Assembly (NCBI GenBank): GCA_002633005.1
Contig: NMRA01000082.1
Coordinates: 596,576-660,575, forward strand
Direction: 5' to 3'
DNA from: Phoronis australis
Lineage: Eukaryota > Animalia > Phoronida
DNA: 64,000 bases
The notes under the pieces were generated by a model. The model was not told where the DNA came from, made no database searches, and saw only the letters and a list, made by a program, of their open reading frames with translations. The translations under genes and the position numbers were made by a program. The first letter of the stretch is position 1. Each line of letters begins with the position of its first letter. Below are positions 1 to 14,200 of the stretch, piece by piece.

Positions 1-1736
1 CTTGATGGAGACTTTCAAGAAAAACTTGACTTCTACTAGGAAATTTCCCGCAATAACAGGAAGGTTGACAGCGATGCGAGTGTGTTAATTTTTCATTAAA
101 GCAATTACAATGCAGTTCCGCTTATATACTGTGTCTTTTACTAGTATCTACTACCAAGCCATGCATTTGAATATCTTAGATGTAATATTGTTTCTGCCTT
201 ATCGAGGTCGGACAAGTACCAGTTCACATTTATGACAAGAAACGAATCGTTACCACAAAGAAAGGACAGACAGAAATTATGTTTTTCATTCCTGTTGAAC
301 CCAAGGCTGAATACGATGTCAATGTCTTCGCTGCTTACAATTTCGGCGGGGACGATTGGCAGCGCATTGCTGGTCAAGCATCGGAAACTGTGAGGATAAA
401 AGGTACTGAATGTTAAACGTTTACGAAAAACCTTCATCCATTTGCTAACGGAGTGTGCCTCAGAATAAGTATGGCTATATCCCCTTTCAGACAATAAGTC
501 AACCCCATAAGAAGTTAATGAATTGTTTTGGGCCGCTACCAGTTTCGGTGATTTCGTCAAAATCTGTTGCATCCCTTGTTGCATTGCCAATTCGTATTGC
601 ACTTATAGCCACCAACTTCGCCTCCGTTTGTGTCGTCGCTAATTGGAATAGGCGTGGCTACATTTTATTGTTTGGAGGCAAATGATGGCAACTTATTATT
701 ATTTAAAGCTTCAAAAGTGATTGTAGTATTGCTACTTTTTGGATTATTATTTGTTGCACGCGTTATTACCACGTGCCCTTTCGACGGGTAAGAGTTGCTT
801 AAGAGCCTTACTCTCATCCCATGTTGTCGCAAGTAAAATATACTTTGCGAGATCATTTGCCAAGGAGAATCACCAAACGCTTAGATTGAAGGAAGGAGGA
901 AGTTGAAAGCGAATGAATTACGCCAGAAAACACACAGGCCGAATAATTGCATCTTGGGCGATCTTACAGAAGCCTTCGAAAACCTGAACTACAGGGGCCA
1001 GCCGGGGATTACACGCAGACAAAACAGGTTTATGCAATCATCTCTAAAACACACTTTTTGGGAAACATTAAGCTATATTTTTTATGGTGGGCCCATTTTG
1101 GCATCAACTGTTTGTGTCTCAGTTTCCAACAGCACCAAACATTATCTAAGACAACTTTTCATTCTTAGCTTTAATTTTAAAGCAACACTCGGCAACTGGA
1201 ACTTTTAATAAAACATCATCAATCAAACGGAGGGTCATTATTATTTAGATGGTGCTCGCCTACTTCCCATCTCCTGCGCCTATGATTTATAAAGGCAGTT
1301 AGTATTTCTCAAACCATCAATTGTTTGTACACTGACAATCGTCATTGTTTCTCCAGTGACTTAGGAGCAAATTTTTGCAATCGAATCGTCCGCTTCATGT
1401 AAGATTTGAACTAAAGTATCGTTGTTAGTAAATGTGGAATTATGATGCGATTTGCATGAAGACTCGTGACGACAGGAGGTAAAGTTTGTTGGTGAGAGGA
1501 TGGGAACCTCTTAAATAGAACGTTGAAAACCATAACTCGTTTAGACAGGATAATAAGAATAGTTTCCACGGCTGAGGAAGTCGCATGCGTTTACAATTTG
1601 ATAGTTTCTTTGTGGAGTAGATTAAATTGAACTGTGGTACAGAATACTAATTTTAATGACAGCATTAAACCCGCCAATCAGAAGGCAGCATTAGTGACAG
1701 AACTAACTACTTATGACGGTCATAACTGAAACTTAT

Positions 1737-1864
1737 CAGGGCCCGATCCAGGATTTTGAATTGGAGGGTGGGGTGCAGGGCAAAGTGTCAGCCAAGTTTT
1801 TGCCCGTCAGACATCCGCACCCCGAACTGCAAAATGGAACCTGGGAAAACTTAATCCGCCACTG
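1737..1864. mobile_element. Short MITE-like element
   Basis: Imperfect TIRs cagggcccgat / atccgccactg, G-rich interior, near-duplicated flanks cttat/ctaat. Confidence 0.45.
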
Positions 1865-2071
1865 CTAATTACTATGCAATAAATATTGCATAACTATTAC
1901 TATTACTATTACTATTGCATAACTATTACTGTCATCAGTCCTAACTAGTGATTTACTAAGGTATCGTTATTACTGTCTTAATTTAGGAATCAATGATAAA
2001 CCAGTAAGTTGTTATACCATATTCGGAAGTATGCTGGCATACTGAAATGTTGTAAATATTATTTCTTTAAG

Positions 2072-2221
2072 GTGGACCTGGATGTGATAAAGGTTTTTAT
2101 GGGAAAGATTGTGCGAACAAATGTCACTGCAAGAATAATGACCCGTGCTCTGAAATCAATGGGGCATGTCCTAATGGCTGCCCTCCGTACTACAGAAAAG
2201 ACGAAAACAGCGCGTGCATTC
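2072..2221 (+). CDS. exon 1 (EGF-like)
   Basis: tttctttaag|...|gtaagt; GPGCDKGFYGKDCANKCHCKNNDPCSEINGACPNGCPPYYRKDENSACI. Confidence 0.85.
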
Positions 2222-5200
2222 GTAAGTATCTTTGCCACGGAAAAAAAACTCGTTGAACGATTTCCTCGCCAGTACCGGTTTTGTATGTAAAACTCCAGAA
2301 CCCATTCCACGCAGCAGTTTTGAAAATAAAACAGGCAAGATACATGTAGAAATCTGACGCAGTTTCATCGCACACAAAAAGACTATATGTCCATATTTTC
2401 GACTAGAATCCGCATCAGTTGTGAAAAAATTGCTACAAGTGGCGTTCCCCGCAAGTCAGTGAAATCGCGACAGCATTCAGAAACCACTGATTAACTGACA
2501 GTTCGACAACTGTTCTAAAAAGACAACCATTGCAGGAAACGTTCAAATAAAACGCCAAATAATCGTCATGTGAAACTTGTTCTTGTTCTGCAAATTTGGT
2601 CAAAGTCAGTCTAGTTTATCTTTCAAAACTACAATACTGACTGAGTAGAGGTCGTCACAACATTTTTGATAAATACATTGTCAAACAATTATTACTGGGT
2701 ACGGTAGTACATTAGCTATTTATTACATCACAGCATTCCGTAGATGGGCTTTGAATACACGTTGTTTCGTCTTGTTTAACGGCGTGTCATTGGTCAATCT
2801 GCTGTCCAAGCCATTCAACTGAAAAGAGAGCGGCAGCCATGCTTTTCGATACTGTCACAAAGGAGAGTAGGGGTATGTTTCGGCAAAGATATTATAGTAC
2901 ATAAAATGAATTAATATATGGTGGTCTAAAATTAGTGATGTTTCGGACTTTTCGACTTCTGAAATTAAATTCCTCGCAAAACGTCAAGTAAAGGTGATTC
3001 TTACCAAAAGAAATAACTCCAAACTGTTTAAGTTTTTATTCTTAGCACACGTTGATAACACCTCTTTGTTGATCGCCGAAGTTTTAATATGCGCATGGGT
3101 TGCTAGGAAACTTTTTGGTGTTCAGGGGATAGTCACGAGCCACACGCCTGTAAAGTTATGTAAAGGATTGGTTTTGGGTGTGGCAATGAGAGCGACGTAA
3201 CGAAAGGTATGTTCAAGTCTAAACAACGCGCTTAGATTTCAAACACTCCATTGAACATGCTGACGGATTGTTTAAACTTACTTATCGGTAGCAAGTGAGA
3301 GTCGTATTCTTTAATCTTATTTTTTGCAGACATTGGCTGCCCGGCTGGATGGTGGGGAGAGGAATGTAAAAACAGGTGCAACTGTGTAAACGATGTGAAT
3401 TGCGCAAACTCTGAGACGGGCGCTTGTCCTGATGGCATCTGCAAGAAGCGCTTCACTGGCCCGGGGTGTGCTACGAGTGAGTAATCAACGACAAAATCCG
3501 AACGGCGGATTGATGGATACATTAGCCAATCAGATGCGAGAAATGCAACTTATGAGTGCAACGGCAGGCCATATTACATTTTCGCTGGCCTTTAGATTTA
3601 AAAGCTAATCTGACTGTTTTCGTTTAATACATGTAGCATCGCAGTGAATTTCTGACAGAGGACTACAGAAAACACATGTTCCAATGAAAGATCCGTCCAC
3701 ACTGTGCGCCAGACTGATCTTCAAATTATTTCACCTGGGTTTGCAGAAATCACGTGTGAAAGGACGCACCGAAGGAAAATCGCTTAGCTAAAAATTGTCC
3801 TGTTTACTGTCAACGTATAACATCTACGGGTAATGTCAGTGTATACATGTACATGTAACTCGTTCATGTTCATTCGGCTTCTGTTTCTTGCAGCTTGGAA
3901 ATTTTCATGAGAATTGGTGTTTTGAGAACTAAAAGTCTTACTCAGTCTGAATTGGCTTACATGTATATTCTCCCAATTATTCATAACCTCAATTTCCGTA
4001 ATTCCCACGCGGTTCTACATGTACATGGCTGAGTATGTGTCTGCAACATCAGCTAAGTTTTGAATCATTCGATGTAACTTATCTGTGTACATGTAGGAGA
4101 CCTGTCACACCAAGTACCCTTTAGCAACTCAAACGCTTCCAACAAATTTGACAAAACGGTGCTCACTGAACACTAAGGAACTTCATGAGCGTTCTCACAT
4201 TCAATAAATGTTTCACTCAAAGTCACCCGTCTCCGCAATTCGCATTTCATTCCATGAAGATGAAGACGGCCAAGCGTTGTATGCACAAAGGGATGATGTT
4301 GCGCACAATGAGTAATAGGCTGCACTTAAATAACTTGCACCGTTTCCTGTGGCAAAGACATATTTTCTCGATGGTGTCTTATAGCCTACAAACCAATCAA
4401 ACTGAGCAGTATAAGTCAATCAAATGTATCCATACTAAAGGTGATAAAATGATTATATGGCACTAGCAGGGTTAGACAACCTTGACATTGGTTTGTCACA
4501 CTTTTCTGTTTGGTTCTGTTGAGATTGTTTCTTTTCCCGCAGAGACAAAGTGCGACAAGCCGAAGGTATACGGTCCGGACTGCAAAAAACCCTGCAATTG
4601 CCATAACGACGCCCAGTGTGACGACCTCACAGGAAAATGTGGAAAATGTCCACCGGGTTTTTCTGGAGATGACTGCTCGAGTTGTAAGCATCACCGTGGT
4701 GATACTGTAATTAGTCTAACAATGAACGTGAATTTGACGGGAACCGTAGTGGTGATGGTATTGATTATGAATTAGGAGGATTACGGTAATGTTTAACTAA
4801 GGTGACGATGGTGTCCTTTATTACAATTACGTTACATATACGGGCGGCTATTAAGATTGTAATGATGCTGATGGATGAGCAGATTGAGACTATGGTAGAT
4901 GGCGACCATGGTGAAGGTACCACCAGCATTGAGACTGATTACATGCACAATGTATGACTGATGGATGAGGAGATTGAGACTATGGTAGATGGCGACGATG
5001 GTGAAGGTACCATCAGCAGTGAGGCTGATTACTTGTACAATGTATGGCGTGAGTGGTGGTCACGACAGCTGTGATGGCGACTTTGATGGTGAGAGGTGTG
5101 ACGATAATCGGATCCACTGAGATAAAAACTATTTCACCAATGACAACGGTTGGGACATCATTGACGTGACAGTAATAGCGAAAGTGCGACGAGGATAATG

Positions 5201-8200
5201 GTAATGCAGATGGTGATGATGATAAACGTAGTGGTGCTAGTAGTGACAATTATGTTGGGGAGGGTGTGGATTTTAGGTCTTACAATGGCAGGTTTCACTT
5301 TGGGAACTATGGCTGACCTATAAAAGGAACAAGTGAATGTACATGCGTGTTGAAGCAAGAAACTGAATGCTTTGGGTCGATCTAGTCCACAATTGCTTAT
5401 GACTTAAGAATCAAATAATCTGAGCGCGTTACCTATTAAAGCAACATTCCTCGTTTAATAAGAAATAGGTATGTTTATAACGATTTAACTGTCCTTTGAA
5501 GTTGAATTCTAAATATTTTCACTTTTGCTGATTTCTGTTGAATGAACATTGGGCAACCCCGTTATTGGACTGACCAAAGTATTGCAGCAGTACCAACCAC
5601 AAGAGGACACTGCAGAAATTTTGACGATTCAACTATAAAGTCGTGTTCAATCAAACGTGTGTCGATAAAGGCATACTGCCTAGTTGTACGCATTATATCA
5701 GTTAATTTTTCGTTTCACATTGATCAAAGAAATCGTTCAGTTTGATTATCGGAAGCTGCCATTTTGTGATTACACTAAATGGGCGGTATGGTCGGACCAT
5801 AAATAGGTCTAAGGTCAATAGTTCAACCACAATGATTGACTGGGAGCATTCACTTGCAACTATGGCGACTTATGTTCGAACTAATTCTCCAGATGAAGTC
5901 GCCCACTAGAGTATATTACTGAATTCAGATTTATGAGGTTAAGTACTCATGCCCACGTTCCTACCGATTTCGATCAAAATATTCTGAATTCAATGCCCGC
6001 GTTCACGTTTATGGTACTTTTTTGTTTCAGCCACCGTGTGCGAGGAAACTTTCAAATTCCATCCCTCCTCGCCGGTCTACCCATTCTCAACATTTTACTG
6101 TGTTGACGGTAAGAAAATACAATTATCTGTAAACAATGTAATGTAAAACAGGTGTCCAGTTAGCCTAGTGATGTTAACTTACTCCAGATCACCGCCCGCT
6201 ACAAGTGACGGCCACATCCCATATGTTTTTGCTTGGCAGATCCACAAACTGTAGGTGCCCCTAGTTTGACGTGAACATTCTTCATGCAGTTTACGCGTAC
6301 CTCTCCATGCGCGCACCCAGCGGGGCTCGAGGGACTCGAAGGAGCCCCAAATTTGGCGAAGTGGGCAAAAAGGTCTGCCTCATAGAAATAAAAATTCCGA
6401 AAAAAAACGAGATAAAAGTCCGCTAAAAAGGTGCAAACGCGACTACTTTGTTAGTATAAGGTCCACATTGCCAAGAATTCGAGCCCCCATATTGAAAGCT
6501 GTGTGCTCACATGCTCTCACCGTTTCCTCCGATTAGACATCTTTAGAAGCGCTTAATTAGATCAGGTCTAGCCTATAAATGGTGATCGAACGGCCATCAG
6601 TTTTCATGGAGTTTGGCAGGGGCATTAGCATGTCCAGGTGGAGATTAAGGGGATCCTGACTCCCATTTTCCCTTGATTTTAGTGATACGAGCTATAGAAT
6701 TTTCAAATTGCAAAAAAACAGATCCCGAATCCTCCGTGAGGGGTAAAATTTCTCCCACCTGGAGGTACCTACAGTAATTGATACCCCTGCCTGAACAATA
6801 TCATTATGTTGTCACAAGCTGATACCGCCAGTTTTCAGTAACAATTCTGACGCATGTTCTTTTATAAAAGGATCTTAGGATGGGCTGGTGTTGACTGACC
6901 ACTTACTGTAAATGCCTATGTTTGGTAGACAGCTGTGTCATCCAGGTTCATCTAGGCTAGCCATCAACGTTATCGTTACCGTTGTTGTCGTTATTGCCGT
7001 CTCTAGTTTCTATTGATTTGTCGTTGTCCTCAACTTTTGGTAGATTTTGCCAAGCAATGCAACTCGCCCTAACCATTCTGAAGTCGAATTTACCAACCCA
7101 CTATGCCCTTGTTCTCATTAAATGCNTCTGTCTTACGATATTGTTATTCTTGGACTTTACAAGACGCAAGATTTCCTATTTAACATTTTACTTCTACTAG
7201 CTAAACAGTACATTTACAAAGAGAGATGTCACAAAAATATACCTAATTTTCTCAAGTTCGTTACAAAAACTTATGAATACTATAATGCTGAAAAATTAAA
7301 TGCACATAACAACTTTGTACATGACAGCTTCTCTGCAAAATGGGAAAAAATATTGTTCATGTTAAGTTCATGTAGAAGATATTTACTTTAAACGAGATAT
7401 GAGAATGGTCTTCCTGAGGTGTGCATGCGTGAATGAATGGTGTACTTATTTGTTTGTTTGTTTTTGTAATTGTTTGTAAAGGATAATAATAAAAAAAGCA
7501 GCTTGAATGAAAGTAAATTTGAGAAACTTTCGAAATGTACTACCGATTAGACATCTTTAGATCAGGTCTAGCCTATAAATGGTGATCGAACGGCCATCAG
7601 TTTTCATGGAGTTTGGCAGGGGCATTAGCATGTCCAGGTGGAGATTAAGGGGATCCTGACTCCCATTTTCCCTTGATTTTTGTGATACGAGCTATAGAAT
7701 TTTCAAATTGCAAAAAAAAACAGATCCCGAATCCTCCGTGAGGGGTAAAATTTCCCCACCTGGAGGTACCTACAGTAATTGATACCCCTGCCTCAACAAT
7801 ATCATTATGTTGTCACAAGCTGATGCCGCCGGTTTTCAGTAACAATTAGTTGATTTTTTTGGAAACAGCCTTCTGACGCATGTTCTTTTATAAAAGGATC
7901 TTAGGATGCGCTGGTGTTGACTGACCAATTACTGTAAATGCCTATGTTTGGTAGACAGCTGTGTCATCCAGGTTCATCTAGGCTAGCCATCAACGTTATC
8001 GTTACCGTTGTTGTCGTTATTGCCGTCTCTAGTTTCTATTGATTTGTCGTTGTCCTCAACTTTTGGTAGATTTTGCCAAGCAATGCAACTCGCCCTAACC
8101 ATTCTGAAGTCGAATTTACCAACCCACTATGCCCTTGTTCTCATTAAATGCTGTGGATACTTAGGATATAACAGGATAATTAACCTTGTTACAGCTCCGG

Positions 8201-11200
8201 TCATTCGAATTAGAATTATACCGACTGTTACCCCACTGCCAACCGGTTATGAAGCAATCAATAAAGTAGACGCTAGCCTACAGAAGACTCTGGGAGTGAA
8301 GGCGAGTCGACCATTCTTCCCACACCTTAACTCTTATAAAGGTAATGTACTCATTATACGTTTGGCTGTAAGAGATGCAATTTGTATCCACATTGCTCTG
8401 ATACACTTTTATTTTCAGAACCTTACAACACCTTTATTTTGTGTTTATTTATTTATTTATTAATGTAATATTTACAATGAGGGTAGCCCCATCAGTTCAC
8501 ACTGCTTTTCATGGGGGCATATTTTGTGTATGTACATATTTTTGTGTATGTACAGAATGAACGTAAAGTAATGGCACCGATTGATCATGTCGTGGTCTCT
8601 TGTGTATTGTTCTTTCTTTGCTCACTCACAAAGCCTTTTGAACTAGTGAAGGTATGCCGTTTGGGTGATGACACAAATTGTCCAACAAAGATAGCTAGAC
8701 CACTAGCTGTGTTAGCGGTCGCGTCGACCAAAGCGATGGAATGAATGAACAAGAATGCATTTGATTGGCAACTTTTTCAAATTTTTCAGCTAAACCAAAT
8801 ACATTTTCTAGTGATTAGTGTTTCAGAATACAAGTAAACATTAGCTGCTTTGGGTATAATGTATTTAAGGACACTGATCCGGGTGGTGTCGCTGCGACCC
8901 ATGCGCGCACCCAGGGGAGGGGGCTCGGGGGGCTAGAATGAGCCTCCCCATTTAGCGAAGTAGGTAAAAAAGGTCGGCCTCCGAGCGACAAAAAGTTCGA
9001 CATAGCTGAACAAAAGACCACCAAATAAGCGCGAACGCGCACTTCACAGTGGTGCTCCCGTTTTTTTTCTATTCCGCCCTGTTTTGTTAGGATAAGGTCC
9101 ACGACGTCAAGAATACGAGCCCCCCCTGGCTGGGTGCGCGCATGCGACCAAATTGGATACAGCACTTATCGCCCACTAGCCAAAATCTGTAAGTTATCCC
9201 TGTAGGTCGTGTACTCTAACAACTCAATGCATTTGGCGGCCTCCTGTTTACTGTTCCTTCAACCCAACACAACCCGTCACTGTTTCCACTCATATTAAGG
9301 CTACTTGTAGAAAAAATCTAGGTCTTGTGTTTTCAATAGACGTAAAAAAAAAACCGAGTCCGTTTACGCCGTGATTATACATGTATAAAATAAAGCCTGG
9401 TCGGAGTACGCAAGGATGCAGCAATAACATGTTTAAGAAGTGCACAAAGTTTTAGGGTCAAGACTTTCCTTTTGACCTGTTTTATGAGTGCTCAACGGTT
9501 GATGAGCGAGAGACATTCTATCGAACGACAGGCGTACGATGGAAGACATCGAGGAGACCAAAGTCCCAACTTCTAATAACGGACTGCGGCTAAAAACAAC
9601 AGGGTGGGAGGATCAGCCTTAAGGATATTTCAAAACTTTAGTTAATGGCCTCCATTCTAACTTGTATATTAAAAATATGCTTTGCCAACTAGTAAAACGT
9701 ATAAATTTTCTGAAAGAAAAAGATCAGATTGTTAAATTCATGTTCTGTATTCATTATTACGTTAACAAAATAATTTATAAGAAATGTACGTGTACATCGA
9801 TAGCAAAATAAATCCTCCGTCGATTTTATATTAAATGAAAACCCCCCTACTAACCTCAAACACGGTGTTAGGAATTTTCGATTAGTCTTTTAGTTTGGTT
9901 TACAGAACTCGAAAAACGTTAGGTAATTTGTTCAAAATAGCCGGATTTTTAACTTGTTTACTTGATTTTAAAATGTTTCTATTATTGTTTGAAGATCATT
10001 CTTGGAATATAAGCATCTATCCGCCTGTGAAGAAGCTGGGCCAATCGAAATTGAATTCCGAACTAACAGTCGAAATACAGCGCCTGGTGGATGATGGGAA
10101 ACCTTTGTTTGAGGATCTCAATGGAAACCCAGTAACGGCCAGACCTGGACAAATAGTTATGCACCCGATACGTTATTTGGTGGATCGAGGTTGGACAAAC
10201 TTTTAAGGTTGTTGATGTCGCAAATAATATTCAATTATTTTCATCACACAACTGTTTAGGAAACGTTATATGTATGACCATGATATAACTTTGAACAAAT
10301 GTACTGCATTACGCCTTTAGCAAGACATTTAATTTGCTTAATTTATATTACAAAACTACTATTCCGGCGTATGCCTCTTATAAATTTGATAGCAGTTAGT
10401 CTCTTTGTGTAGCGCACTGAAAAAACTATTGTCTGTTGGATACACAATTAGTGTGATTGCTGTTGTCTATATTTTGCGCCGTAGTGAAGATGGTGAGAAT
10501 AATTGCCGTTATTGACAAGACAATTCTGAAAGAAGAAGAAGTTACAGTTGCCACAGACGACTTTTTTCGGCGTATCGACCCGACATTTAGCCGAGACAAA
10601 ACAAGATACGTTAGCCCCTTTGTTTCACCAAGTAAGTGCGCATTTGAGTGACAATGCCTCTGTACGTGAGGTCACGCCAATTATTTTGCGCATTAGGTTT
10701 CCTGTAACGCTAAATTCGCTGGTTTGTGAACAACAAACTCTGAATCACGAGGCACTAAATTACCGTGTCAATCACATTTGGAAAAGCAATACCCTTCACT
10801 GAAAAAGGCACCTACGTGTAGGTTCACAATAAAACAAGACGAGCAACACCATCTACTGGGGGTTAAAGTACGAATAAAGGTGCAATTCTAAGACCGTCTT
10901 GCTACTATTCAGTGACTAAGGAAACTCAACAATAGCAAGCTCAAAAGCTTTATTGGACATACACCTTTACAGATGTTTGTTTGATACCAAGAGTTCTTGT
11001 CTTTTCTCCGATAGAGGGCACGTTAATCGTTGAGTTGTTTCCACCTGTCTCAAAAGCCACGACATTCACTAGCACAATCTTGGATCGACTGCAGAGAGAA
11101 GTATACGTTTCCGACACTGATCTCAAGGACAAAAATGGAGACACCATATGTACTGTGACAGGAAAGTCAGTTACTTATGATTTTGGACCGAAGGAAATTC

Positions 11201-14200
11201 CAGATCTAGTTGACAAGAGTAAGATCTTCTCACTTGTGAGTTTTCTATTATTTTCAACATGAGCTAGTCTGTTTTGCAAGCTCCTGTCAAAACAGGAATT
11301 ATACAGGTTTATTGTCATTTGTGTTATAAAAACAACTGTGATCAAAGTAATTTACCTCAATACACTGGCGGGAGGACGACTTTGCTAAGTCCGACTTACT
11401 GAATTGAGGTTATTCTCAATATTTTAAACTAGTTACAATTTGAGTGTCATGAAACCTTACTGTTAGCTTTAAAGCACCACGATCTCCACGTAAAAATGCG
11501 TGTCTTGACATTAAAATTCGGAAATCAGATGCACTTAAATTTCCATATCAGAATATATGTACTTAAAATTAACAATTAAAGTTCTTCTTCAATGGGAGCC
11601 CATATCTGTGTCGGGATCACAGTCAAACCTGGGAGTCAGATTTGGCGTAACTGTGTTGCCAAACTGATCGTTTTACATCTACAAGTGGCTGCAAACTACA
11701 TATGCGTTGAAAATTTTGTAAAGCCACGGGAAGATGTACGCATTTGAACAAATGATGAACATCCATTCAGTGACGGACTTTGCATTGATAAATGTACGTT
11801 TCTGATTTGAAAGTGAAAGTAGTAAAATACCAACAATCTCTTTGAAACACTAATGGAATCCTGGGACAACTTCCAGTCCATCAGAAGTTGCTAGACATTC
11901 AGGTGCCTTAATACTGTCGCGGTAAGCAGCTTATAACCCATTTCTTTTCATGTGGTTCGTTCTTTAGCGTCCAAAGTCTCAGTGTCTTTTTACGTTCTGT
12001 GCAAACTCGACGTATCTGCTCAGCCAAGAGTTTTCAAATATATTGGCAACACAGTGCAGCACATACTTGGCGTGTCCAGAGAAAGGATTGAGAACATGAG
12101 GTCGGAAGTCACTGGAAAATGTAAGTCTGCATTTCTGTACTTTTGTGCCAAAATGGTACAACCTACGAGGCTTACTCCCCTCCACTGAGACGGGCTGTTT
12201 TTGAAAGACCTCTGGAAAAAAACTTTTTCTTGAAGACGGCTTTCAAAAACAGGAAATTTTGGACGTAACATTACCCAGTGATTCTTAGTTAACATCTGTA
12301 ACACACACGTTGGGACAATAGTAGGACACTGTTCTATAACGTTTACAAAGTTCTTAATTTAAGCCAGTGAACAGCAGAATGGGACCTATGACTTGAACAA
12401 TGGTGCAGGTGTGCTGAGCACCTGTGTCTAGATATGTATCCTGTTCAGATGTTCTGAACACTGTTCTCCAAAGTAAAAAGGTAATATTCTAATGCTTAAC
12501 GAATACTTCAATGGCAAATTTGCACCTTTGTGGCAAACTGTGCGAAGGAGGGCATTGTTGCCAGATGCTCATTCGAAACCAGGCAGTTATATTGGCTATG
12601 GCTCAATTTCATTTAAAGAGAAACGATTTAAGTGTTGTCGTATATAAATTGATACGAAGTTATTTTGCATTTCAAATTAAATGGATGTTCACATCGGTTG
12701 CGCGTATTTTTGGTGGATGTTGAGCAAAATATCGTATGACTGCAAAACTGGGTTGAGTAGATTACGTAACTGGCATTATGTTCGAGTTGATTTCTCAGCC
12801 TTGTATTGTCCAATTTTTACGAAATTACTTGCCATCTAAAACAAATGGACTTCGAGTCCATGGTGTCGTAGTTTGTGATAACTTACAATATCTATCTGTA
12901 AGTGAAATTAGAGTCAAGGATGTCTATTTGCAGTGTTTGTGCAAGAACGCTATTTTGCATTTGTGTACATTTATTGTATCCTCCTCCTTTTATTTCGTGT
13001 TCGTGTTTTGTAATTCAGCAACTGAGACATCATTGTGGTGTCGTGACGACAACACTAGATAATGCGGTATTTTGTAACGAACTATGAATAGAACTTTTTA
13101 ACTCCAGAAATGAGATCTATGTCAACAATTTGTAAATACTTTTTGCAACAAAATTTTTATTCATAGCCGCTCTGAATGTATTAAAACAGCTCACACCATA
13201 GATGTAAACTGTGAAAACTGGAGTTTCAATTCAGTAGACAACACCGAACACATGAGCTGATCAGTCATTACTGGGTGGCCTATAGTGGTAAGCACTTATA
13301 GCCTTATATCAATGCTAAAACGTGTTACATTGTGAGAGATCTTCAATACTTCGTTTTTAATTTTCTTCAGCGTATTTAGTGTTGAAACCCTTATTTTTTC
13401 ACCTTCTTTTGTCCGTAATTAATTGGTCATATTTTCTCTGTACAAATCTTAAGTTCAATCATTATCACCTGACTTTACTTATGGCGCCTTCAAATAAATA
13501 TGTGTTTTTTATTCACATTTACAACAGGACTAATTCGTTTCTAAAGATTAAATTTAAATGTTGTGCTTTTCAACTAAGTTGCTATTTATATAGCTGCAAG
13601 CGATTTTATGATATAATTTTGTTGTATAAAAATTACTCCCCCAATTGTCCCGACTACCTTATGCATATAACCACCCTTGAATTGTCAATTAGCATTCATT
13701 GGTATATTAATTGTTAAATACGGCTATCTTTGGGTGCCTCGAGTAGAGGGAGTTTCTCTGCTCTTACAATGTTTTCCCCAGTATGGTCACAGTTCAGTTC
13801 TTCTCACGGGTATCGAATGAGATATCACGCTATGCGGGTTCAGGTTACTGATGTGTCTCACTATTGTTTGCATAACAGCTGTTTGGATTACGGAATATCG
13901 CCACTGGCATGTGCTTCCTTTCAGCTGGTGATGTTGAAGAAAATCCTGGGCCTGAAGACTACCTTTAAAATGTTATTTTCAAATATTAATGGCATTAAAT
14001 CCAGCAATTTTTCCACATTCCAACTTCTAAAAATTTTTGTTCTGTCAAACGATTATATGATTGCCGCTCTTTCTGAAACTTGTTACCAAGGACGACCTTG
14101 ATAATGAACTAATCATTCCTAGTTACAGTGTAGCCTATCACAGTAACAGTGGCCGTGGCATCATCTTATTCACAAAAACACACTCACATTTAAATTATGT

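Noticed and set aside
141-602. 153-aa minus-strand ORF
   Set aside because: No recognisable motif, splice context or internal homolog.
1357-1479. Candidate upstream exon (ttctccag...gtaaag)
   Set aside because: Stop codons in the phase-1 frame and no signal peptide; could be UTR but unsupported.
3046-3206. Candidate exon between exons 1 and 2
   Set aside because: All frames hit stops before the donor; no EGF or SEA-like pattern.
11473-11907. TTAA-flanked possible Kolobok-type MITE
   Set aside because: Only ~5 bp of terminal inverted match; insufficient.
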